Assembly (NCBI GenBank): GCA_946965045.2
Contig: OX337242.1
Coordinates: 1,178,001 to 1,242,000 of the forward strand
From: Epithemia pelagica
Taxonomy: Eukaryota; Protista; Bacillariophyta
DNA length: 64,000 nucleotides
Reading direction: 5' to 3'
A model generated the notes under the pieces. It had not been told where the DNA came from, did not search any database, and worked only from the letters and a program-made list of their open reading frames with translations. Each line of letters starts with the position of its first letter. Position 1 is the first letter of the stretch. The translations under genes were made by a program, and so were the position numbers. Shown here piece after piece: positions 9,984-19,566 of the stretch.

Positions 9984-12822
9984 CTAGTCTGTGATGAGAA
10001 GTGCTGGGCGACTATCATCATGTTTTACAAGATGGATTTGAATCTTGTTCTTGTGATACTCTTCTGGTGATGCATTTATCATTTCCCTTCTCTTGAACTG
10101 AGCTTGAACGCAATCCTTGACTTTTGTGAGGGATTGGATCTGTGAAGCCTGAAAGAGCTCAACTTCAGTAGTGTCGTGCCACTTTCTTTTACCATGTTGC
10201 TTGTCTAACAAAACAACTAATTCTTCATTTGTCATTGAAACTTGATAACCAAACTTGTACTTGATGGAACGACAGGCTTGCTTGATTCTTGACTGCTGTT
10301 TGGCAGCTTGAACAAGGCATTTACTGGTCTTGACAAAACGCTTGAGATGTTTCCATCCAAGTTCATTTAATAGGTCATGTTTCTTGGCATAGGCATCATT
10401 TACCATGAGTGACGGAGGCTCATAGATCATCTCCCCAGTCTCCCAATCAACAAGTATATTACAGTGACTTCTTTTGTAGTCAGGATTGTTGCTAATACTT
10501 GACGGTTCTTGATCTGCAACAACGTCCCTGAACTGAAAAACGTCGTCTTCAGTTTCCTGTGCTTGGTTGTCCTGTTTGATGTATTCCATATGTTGACGGT
10601 ATGAAATTATCTTGTCAATGTCGGAAATGGATTTGCAGAAAGTGTACTTGATACAGTCTTCTTGCTTGAGAGCATCTTGTTCTAAATCAATGACGCATCT
10701 TATAAGACACGGTTGTGGTTGCTCCCCATTATACGGTTGTCGTTGCTCCCCATTTTCCTCTGGATCATAAACAAGGAAAGGTTGTCCAATAGTGTCGTCA
10801 TGTTTGATCGTTGGAATTTGCGTGGATGGATCTTCACCTTTGCTACAAATGAAAACAATGTCAGCTTGCTTGCCGTTGGGTTCACTTGGAAGCGATTCCT
10901 CCCCTGAAGAGGTATCCACACAAAGGTTGCTGGGTGGCGTGGGTGCATCATGAAGAATGGCAGAGTAACAAAGGGTTTGAGTGTCCAGAGACAAAGTATC
11001 ATTAATAGGAGGGGCAAAAACAAGCCAGTAGCCAAGTGTCGTGACAAAAGAGGGAGGGTAGGGACTGTAGGGACGGTGGGAGAGGGCATATGATTCGGTA
11101 AAGTAGGGGGCCTTGTCCGAGATAAGGAAGAAAAGAGGGTGGGTAATGCCGGGTGGGCGACCATTGAGGATCTCAAGAGGGATATGGCCCGAAATGGTCA
11201 CGACGTATGTTGTCCTCTTAACGGTCTGATAACGGTTCTCAGCCATGTTCTGATCTTGGAGGTATGATTTGGAACAGTACTCTCCAAGTATGGGTGTGAA
11301 GAAGGAAGGTGTATCCGGTCCATGATCGTAAGGTAAATCCAAGAGAAGGTTGAGGTTACAGACAACACGATTGGTATATTTCCCAAACGCATCATTTGGA
11401 TTACCATCATTTTCAACAGTCCTCAAAGAAGGTGCCGTATCTTGCATGGGATCAAGATGCCAATGATTAAAGCCAGTCATGTGATTGTCGCCGGAGAAAG
11501 TAGACATGCGAGAGAGCAGATGTCGAGATGTCTGAACTTTCTGTTTACAATTGTTGTTCTTGGGACAATCATTAGGGATGGATGTTGTCTTGGTATTGGA
11601 TTCCAAATTAGCAAGATTAGATGTTGGATGATTGACAACAAGATTGGTCACAACTTGAGGAACACACCGGGTAATCAGATCAGAGAAATTATCTTGATGG
11701 TCTTGGGAATCATCTTGAATCATGTCGTCAATCCATGCACGACCAGGGTCGGGATCAGGTTCCGGATCAATGTCAAGAGTATGCGTCTGTTCCATGCATG
11801 CAGTTGTTGATGACGGATTCTGGGTAGACTTGTTGTAGGCAATGATTACTTGACGACTATTGTCGTTGAGTTTACTCCACAGATCTCTTGGAAGACTGAT
11901 CTTTGGACAAAGCGAAGATGATTTCTTGGTCTTCACGTTAGTTCTCTTAATCATGCGGTGTTTTTCTTTGGGTGATAGATCTTTGATATCAAAATCTTGA
12001 TCATATTGAAAGTCGCATTGCTTGGTATGCTTAAGTCGGTTAGACTTTGGTGCTCGAGTTGCTTGGTCGTGATCATACGCGGCATCAAGGAGAAGACGGA
12101 AATATGATTGATAACAAAGTGTCTTTGCACCAGACAAGATGTTGACTTGTCGTAAATCAGGTACCTTTTCAACGGCTTTCATCAGGAAGGTCATCCTAGT
12201 GGAGTGGCCAGGAATGTGATCAAACATTGATCCCAGATTGTCGAGAAGATGGAATTGGTGTTGAAAGTGGAGAAGAAACTGATAGGTTGTGCCGTGCCAT
12301 GAATCATCGAGACGAAGATTGGAGATGTAGTTGTTAAGACGTAGCACCTCTCTTTTTGCTAAACGAAATGACGAAATGCAACCTTGGTTCAGACGGAGCT
12401 TGGTGAAGTCTGCATTGATTCTCCAATGATCATAATTGGCCTTGCTGAGGTTCAACCAGGTAGAGCGAGGTAAATCAGACTGCTGCAGGGTTGAGGTTTG
12501 TTCTCGTGACCAATGTGCTAGGATCTTCAGTTGATGCCTTGTAAATGTCTTCAGATCCATCGTCTTGTTCCCATACTTGTATTGTCCAAGGTCCTTGATA
12601 TTCTTTTCTGGATTGACTGCAAGATAGTCGATGACATTCAGAATGTGTTCGAAACCACTATGTTTTATCCATTGATGAAGGGCTTGAGCTCGTTCTTCAT
12701 CGTTCTTCATCACATTCAAATAGATGCTGGGTGATATGATTGAACACTTGTGTATCTGATATGTCAGGCGGTACTGAGTTGTCAGAAGGAAGAGAAGGTG
12801 TCTTGGGGTATGTTGGATCCAT
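9984..12822 (-). pseudogene. Decayed gag-pol (gag-like region, partial integrase, chromodomain-like segment, RT N-terminus)
   Basis: 911-codon open frame 9984..12719. The native-looking start MDPTYPKTPS (ATG 12822) is out of frame because of a 10-bp tandem duplication at 12691-12710. The segment LVDWETGEMIYEP..YAKKHDLL..GWK..KYKFGYQV is typical of diatom copia. No intact protease or DDE triad is recognisable. Confidence 0.8.
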
Positions 12823-13312
12823 GGTAGTATATGGTTGGTTCGTTGTTTATTTAATGTGTGGTGTGATCTGAACCCGGATGTACCACGTGTGTGCCACGTA
12901 TGTCGGTACCCGGATGTGTGTTGTGCTGGGAACCCGGATGTGCGGAACTCGGTTTTGTCTCTGGTTTGTTGTGCAAACTACTTAAAGATACTTATCCTTG
13001 GTCACTTCCGGACTCGTTGCGGTGATCGAGTTGAACCAGGGAGTCAGGAATAATGGTAGCTTCCTCGTCTTGCTCGTAGTCCTCAGCAAAGTACTGGTCA
13101 GGTGAGTATTGGGAAGGTAGTTGCACGAAGTCCTGGTCCAGCTTGAGGTCCTGGAATAGGAGAGGGTTGATGACCCTAGCCTTAGCCAGGCTGGCCCTGT
13201 TGTTGGGTTGGGTAGCTTTGTCCTCTAACTCTTGTTTGTTGGTGTAGCTCAATCTGTACTCAATGTAGATGGGTAAGTATGATCTCCAATGCGACTGCAG
13301 GGCAATGAGCGA

Positions 13313-13326
13313 TGAGACTGTTAATC
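13313..13326 (-). other. Putative primer-binding site complementary to a tRNA-Asn(GUU) anticodon arm (half-tRNA priming)
   Basis: The minus strand directly after the 5' LTR reads GATTAACAGTCTCA. Its complement TGAGA-CT-GTT-AA-TC is an anticodon stem 5' strand, an Asn loop and the first two 3'-stem bases. Confidence 0.65.
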
Positions 13327-14083
13327 TGGCAGAACTCTCATTGAGAATTCAGAAGGGTAATAGGTAGTTGGGTAAAAGGCTTGCTGAGCCGACAATCGAA
13401 TCACCAACCGATACAACAATCCTCCACGGGTCAGAGAAGAGTTGCAAGTCGAAGTCCGCCGTGGGTGGGGGCAGTCGGTCCACTGATAAGAGGTAAGTCT
13501 TAAGATGAGTGTTAAAATGGTGATATTAATGATTGTGAGATGATTACTAACTAAGGTGTTTGATGAAGGTCGAGGTCCTGGCTCTTGTATACGGCCATGG
13601 ATCTGGTGTGATAGGTCCTCAAATGGTTGGAGTAGACCTGCATTGTTGTATTGAAAGTATATGCAGTTGTATATCATATACCAATGCCAACAGCTCTTGC
13701 TTTGTTGTGATATAGGTAGTTTTCTTGGCGCGTTGTTGATTGCATTCTTGGAATTGTGGGAATGGAAATATGGTCTCGCGTGATCGTGATTCGTGCTTTG
13801 ATTACTTAGGCCGTTGAGGTAAGTCGTGGAGGTGCTCACTCGGATCGTGATTGCGCGCGCTTGAGAATACTGGGCGCGCACGTGATGGGCCATAGTCAAT
13901 ATCCGAGCGGTCGCCGATAGCGCGTGCATTGCGAGCATGCCTTGGCCAAAATTAAAGGTCCGCGAGCATGCCGTCATTCTTTTCTCACTTTTACACAAAT
14001 GTCATCGGATGCCATAAAATACTAGCATCAGTCGATGTGTTGTAGATTCCACCACCACCTAGTTAAAGGTGAGAATCCTAACA
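13327..14083 (-). repeat. 5' LTR (757 bp)
   Basis: Near-identical direct repeat of 8664-9420, followed on the minus strand by the PBS. Confidence 0.95.
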
Positions 14084-14601
14084 ACACGCACAGGACGGAC
14101 GGACAAAAAGGTTCCACCCACGACATAGAGGGTAGTCTCATTTGTCGGATCGAAACAAACATCATTGGGGGATGGCAAGTCCCCCACTTCCCAGAGAGCA
14201 GTAATGGGTTGCGGGGAACCACCTTGTTGTTGATCCACAACCTTGGATAGATCAACCGCCATGATTGAGTTACGGTTGAACGCACAGAGGTACCACACGC
14301 CCGAGCTCGTCAAGGCGCTCCCAAAGACTGTCACGTCCGTGGATCTGTCAGCCGTCTGGAGAGGCCCAGCGATATGCTTCGCCTGCGTCATACCAGGAGA
14401 TATTTCGTACAAATGTGTCTCTTCGGTTCCATTGATGACTCGCTGTACTGGAACAAAGCCAACATGGGGTCGGAACGAGCTGTTTGAAATCACACTTTCC
14501 ATGAAAATGACATCTTCGGGAAACTCGACGAACGAATATCCACGGTCGCTGTCTTTGAGCTTCACAGGCGCTACGGTAGCGGGACTAGAGACTTCTGGCA
14601 T
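14084..14601 (-). pseudogene. 5' part of the interrupted beta-propeller gene
   Basis: ATG 14601 (MPEVSSPAT..). FPEDVIFMES and LPSPNDVCFDP resemble the P-ED/PND blade motifs of SMP-30/paraoxonase/strictosidine-synthase-like propellers. The frame runs straight into the LTR. Confidence 0.6.
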
Positions 14602-14941
14602 ACTGCTATTGTAATGGCAAGAAGCGGGTATGGTACGTTCACCGAGGTCTTGGTACGCCGCAAGTGACACGATCTTTGTCGTTGTGATACTTATCAAGGA
14701 AAAGATTCGTTTGTTCTAAGGTTACTCGTAAACCGTAAACCCCCAAAATGGTATCCTCGGTTCGGACATAATATTATATCCTACCCCCAAGAAGCCGGGG
14801 TGAGCTTTCGGTCGCGCGTGATCAACCTCACGGCATTCACGAGACACAAGACTCACCCTTTCGTCGTGTCCAACCTCGAAAACAAAAACGCAAAACCCAA
14901 AAAACGCAACGCGGCAACCTCAACTTTCTGTAAGTGGCGCC

Positions 14942-16969
14942 ATGGCAGACAGAGACGACAAAGCGGAGGGTGACAGAAGAGATTCTAGTCCAGTAAAAGG
15001 AGGAGGGCGAGGGCGAAGGAGCGGGATGGGTCGCGGGCAAGGACGAGGTGGTGCACGCCATGCGCCTGATTATTGGAGCCTCGCCCAGCCAGAATTTCGT
15101 CAATGGTTATCCAACATTACTACCAAGGCCGAATACAACAGGCTCTCAATAGCGGAACGAGGGCAGCTTCTTCGCGATTTTGGAATCTCGCAGCAACGCA
15201 GTGACGGTGATATTCCACAGGTAAGTCTGAATGTGTGTCTTTGGTACTAGTGCTTTCAGACATCCGTGCATCGTAGTGTTCTATCTTTTTGTCTAAACAC
15301 GTGCTTTCAACTTTATTTGTTCCAAGCAAAGCCACCAATACACCATGGTGGATTACCTCCTCGAAGTCCCATAGCGAGCAAGCGCCGAACCAAAACAGCA
15401 CCTCCTTCGACTGGAAAAGAATCGTCAAAGCAGACACATCCCAGGAAGTCTCCATCGTCAGAGGAAGGTCGAATCGAAGGATTGCGCCATGCAAGTGAAG
15501 ACGACAGTAGCTACATGCAGTGCACAAGTATCCCCTACACTGTGGCGCTTTTGGAGATATTAGAAACGACTATCAAAGCTCAGCAGAACCAGAACCTCGA
15601 CGATTCCTTTCACGCAGCGGCAAAGTATGCTCTGCACGCCCGGGATCAATTGACTAATGGAGCGGTACCAAATGATATTGGTACGAATGAGAGGTTTTTT
15701 ACAGGTGCTATGGCAAATGCAATCAACTCAGTTCTCAAGGATGGTTACTGTGTGTTGCACCAGGCATGTCTCGGGGTCGGATCAACGCATTCAGATATAT
15801 CGGCTACTCGCATCCAAAAAAATTTGCCGCCTATCACACTCATGGTTGGGGAGGGAAAGTGGAACACATCCGATCTTCGTCAGGAAACGAGAGGACAGAT
15901 GTTCAACGAATTACTCCGCCATCGTGCAATTGACAATTGTTTCACTCGCAAGGGAACCAACGGACCGATGCTTCTTTTTGCATTTGACAAGAACAAGATT
16001 GAAATTGATTTAGGATTTCCATCCACCAAGGCCGGGAAACTTGAAAAAGACGAAGTTGTCGCGTGGGAGGACTTGGAGGAGGGAAAAGAGACATTCTGGA
16101 CTGTACAACTACTGCGCATGAGCATTGAAGATGGCAATGGAAAAAAGAACCTGCCAATTGTTCTTCGGTTCATCTCGGATGCTTTGGAGAGACTGGATTC
16201 TTGGAGGGGACAACCTCGTGTACAGCACAAAGTTCCCATTCCACTAAAAGAACAAGGCGAGATTGCAGCCATAACCGAATATGCTGGCAAGAACGTGACC
16301 ATTATCGAAGCGGCCAGAGGAGCAAAGTTTGTGTACAAGGAGTATTGCTACCATCTGCGTCAGGCCAGTACTGACATGATGCCGCTAATGATAATCGAAG
16401 AATCAGACAAAAGGAAACCGCCACCAGAGAAACTACTAAAGCACTTAGGATCGCCCTACTCGGAGTGGAAAGAACACAAAGGACCATTCGGCACGGCAGT
16501 TTTGCGCTATCCTTTCATTGAAGGCAATCCATACACTCCGTCGATCCCCGGATGGCTGAAGATTCTTTTGCAGATACAAAAGATGCACGAGATTAACTTC
16601 GTTCACGGAGACCTCCTGCCTCGCAACGTACTTTTTGACAGGGCGGGGGAGGACGGTTTTGTAATTGACTTTGATCTTTCGCGGGAAGAAGGTGCTACCT
16701 ACGTGCGTGGGTACAACTATAGTGATTTTCAATACTATCGACACGACGGGGCCAAGGAGGGCCTGAAAATGATGAAGGAGCATGACTTGCATTCGCTACG
16801 TCAGATGAGCACTTTCTTCTTCGACTTGGAAGTCTCTGCCGTGAGTACGCTTGACCTTCATGAGATGATTGATTTCTTCCATAAGAATCCTGATCTCCCA
16901 GCAAGTGTTGAGCTAGGTGAGATGGATGATGCCAGTGGAAGCCCAAACCGAAACCAGGATTACTTCTAG
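14942..16969 (+). CDS. Crinkler/RHS-type protein: REase-fold domain plus atypical protein kinase
   Basis: Exon 14942-15220 (donor GTAAGT), probable intron 15221-15331, exon 15332-16969. It has a PD-(D/E)xK-like segment HSDISA..LMVGEGK and kinase motifs VYKEY, VHGDLLPRNVLF and VIDFDLS. Confidence 0.65.
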
Positions 16970-17280
16970 GAGTAGGAGTAAAGGATAGGAGTTGCTGCTA
17001 GCAGGGCTAGGAGGCCTATCTCCCCTTTTTTTGATGTTCCGATTCCCGTCCAACGCACCTTTTCAGTCTCGTGTTCTGGGAATCGTCAAGGACGACAAGA
17101 GGACAACCCCCGCAATAGGCAGCAAGAAGGTTTGGTGTCGAGAAATATTGGCTTTATCCAAATCACGAGAGGGAGACCGCTTTCCCAGGATTCGATATTG
17201 TCATTCTCGAAAGGGTTCCGTTGAACTTCCGTAGTATATTCCATCATAGAAAAGGATCTGGAGAAAACAGAACAACAAAC

Positions 17281-18027
17281 ATGACATTCGTTGTCTGTGG
17301 AACACGACTTTATGGCTACTGTGACGAAATAAAGGGCATTGGTCATGTGGAGACAAAATTCTTCCATCTCAATTACATGCCATTGGTGCCATTGACATCA
17401 TACTTTATGTTTGATCGCTCCGATGGAGCGTCGGGGAATATAGCCCGAGGGATACGAACCAGTGGAAAATCCGTTGCCAAGACGTATCTGATAGTTCTTG
17501 GCTTTGTTGTGGCATTGATTCTCTTTTGTTTGGGCATATCCAATCAGGACGACCATATCGGCAGTGCATGGATCAATTGGGTGATGATGGTTGCTGGAAT
17601 TTTGTCCGCCGCAGGCACTTGTTATGGACGTCGATGGGGACGAACCGCATCGTTTGAACGGGCCATGTATATTGCACAAGAGGAATTGGCTAGTCCTGTA
17701 ATTGCGGAGGCCGTTCAACTCTTGTATAGCCGAGGCCCGGAAGGGACGGCGCCACAATCATCAGCGCCTCCTCCCACGCACTATCAAGATGCCGCCGAAG
17801 TTTCACCGGTCATGGTGGAAGCATCACTACTAACGGAGGAGGAGGAGGAACAAGAACCATTGTCATCTTCCCATACCAGAAATGGCGATGTGGAGTTCGG
17901 TTCTTCGACCACAGAGTTCAGTGTCGTTGGAACCACTCCAGAATATGTTGCGCCGGGAGGAGATGTATCAAGGAACTCGCTTCCTGTCGCATCGGTTGTA
18001 CCCGAAACGGACAAGTCGTTTGCGTAG
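17281..18027 (+). CDS. Small two-TM membrane protein, tandem paralogue 1
   Basis: ATG 17281. Conserved N-terminal GTRLYGYCDE..HVETKFFHLNYMPLVP, two hydrophobic helices and an acidic tail. Confidence 0.7.
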   Translation: MTFVVCGTRLYGYCDEIKGIGHVETKFFHLNYMPLVPLTSYFMFDRSDGASGNIARGIRTSGKSVAKTYLIVLGFVVALILFCLGISNQDDHIGSAWINWVMMVAGILSAAGTCYGRRWGRTASFERAMYIAQEELASPVIAEAVQLLYSRGPEGTAPQSSAPPPTHYQDAAEVSPVMVEASLLTEEEEEQEPLSSSHTRNGDVEFGSSTTEFSVVGTTPEYVAPGGDVSRNSLPVASVVPETDKSFA

Positions 18028-18609
18028 TGTCCCTCATCAGAATGTACGTACTTGTCCGTCCACCTACTAAGAACAGATTTGGTTGGCATGACAAAGAGTT
18101 GACTCCTTCTGTTTCGTTGCACACGTTCTAGGTAGTCTATGCGTGGTGCCCAAACTGTTTAGCAGGAACATGCGATCATTGCTTTGGTTGCCATTGTCAT
18201 TGATTGAAGCTTGGTCTCTCTAGAGAACGACCGAGGCATCCTACGCATTCAGAGTCGTCGCTTGACTGAGGCCGGCAGGGTTCAAAACTACCTTGGCAGA
18301 ATTGTACTGTAGTGGATGCTGCTACAACTGGAGGCGAACAATGACAGAAAGTAACGGTAAATCCTCCATGGACAAGCCGATTGATTCTGAACCAACAAAA
18401 CAAAGACGGGAAAGGTCATGGTGAAAGGTCGTCCACTCGCTCCCCCGCTCCATTCCGTCGTTTGTCCCAGTCGCGGCGCGACTGAGAACTGCAACACAGA
18501 ATAAGAGGTTCATTCGCGATCTGCCCTCATATCTTTCTGTAAAATGCAAAGATAATTTGAAACCAGTTCATATTCTGTTCGCCTGACTCTCGAGCAACAC
18601 CCTCCAAGT

Positions 18610-19267
18610 ATGGTGAAATTCAGGGAACAACTGACTGAGGGGACCAAAATGGGTGTGGCCATCTTTGGAAGGCGCTTTTATGGATACTGTGATGAAATAG
18701 AAGGCCTGGGTCATGTTGAAACCAAGTTTTTTCACGTTAATTTCGTACCATTGATGCCACTTGAGTCATTCTTTATCTTTCATCCACTCAACGAGGATGA
18801 AAATCCACAAGTTCAAAGCATTCCAATCAGTCGCACATCGATTCGGAAAGCCTTTCTGTTGTCCTTCTTCTTGGTCATGGCATGGGCTCTCTTTCTTGTC
18901 TACTTGTGGACCGAATAGACAAAGGGTTGGGTAGCAGGTCTGGCCATTTTATGCGTAGCGGCCTTTTTCGAGGGGCGGAAGTGGAAACGCACGGCAACCT
19001 ACGAACGGGCCAAGGAAATTGTGGAACATGAGTTGTTCCGGCCGTCTCTCTTGGAACGAGTAAATATCGTGTACGGCCGATCACCTTTGAGCATATCCCG
19101 TCAGTATCAGGACCGTTCCAGAGTTGTCGCGAGCAAAGGACCAAGGTCTGCCGTTTGCCACGAGGGTTATGACTGACGATGCAACAGACGACAAAGAAAA
19201 TGTACCACATGTTGAGATAAAGAACGAGGTCAGTATGCGAAATACGGCAACGATTGAAATCGTTTGA
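18610..19267 (+). pseudogene. Tandem paralogue 2, disrupted by an in-frame TAG and a probable frameshift
   Basis: GRRFYGYCDE..HVETKFFHVNFVPLMP matches paralogue 1. After TAG 18916-18918 homology continues in frame (GRKWKRTATYERA versus GRRWGRTASFERA). The acidic tail continues in the +1 frame to TGA 19265-19267. Confidence 0.7.
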
Positions 19268-19566
19268 ATTGAAGCTCTGTACCCACGTGGTTTCTGGGGG
19301 ATTATGACACGTAGGATAATGGAGACAAATGCCCTCAATTTTCACCCATATTAGAGATCTGACCAAAGAGGGAAGACTACATGCACAGAATTAGCAGACA
19401 AAGCAAAGACAATTCTACGATGCTCTGATCACAACCCTCCTTTTAGAGAAAGTTACGAGTTCGACCATACAAAGTCAATTCTTGAATATGGAAGCAGCGA
19501 TGCGCCCCTACTTTCGAAGAAGGGCAAACCTCCCGGTTTTTGCTGACGGCTACCAAGATTCTGTCC

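Larger units (their letters stand above)
8664..14083 (-). mobile_element. Ty1/copia LTR retrotransposon (CoDi-like), internally deleted, non-autonomous
   Basis: Two 757-bp direct repeats with TG..CA ends (8664-9420, 13327-14083) and a TSD ACACG at 8659-8663 and 14084-14088. Gag-like, integrase-remnant, chromodomain-like and copia-RT remnants lie on the minus strand. Confidence 0.95.

Noticed and set aside
13301-13330. tRNA-Asn gene
   Set aside because: Only an anticodon-arm fragment is present, with no acceptor stem or T-arm. It is interpreted as a PBS.
14060-14100. LTR insertion sitting harmlessly in an intron
   Set aside because: The only GT..AG candidate in the reconstructed empty site is 33 nt long and leaves a stop in frame.
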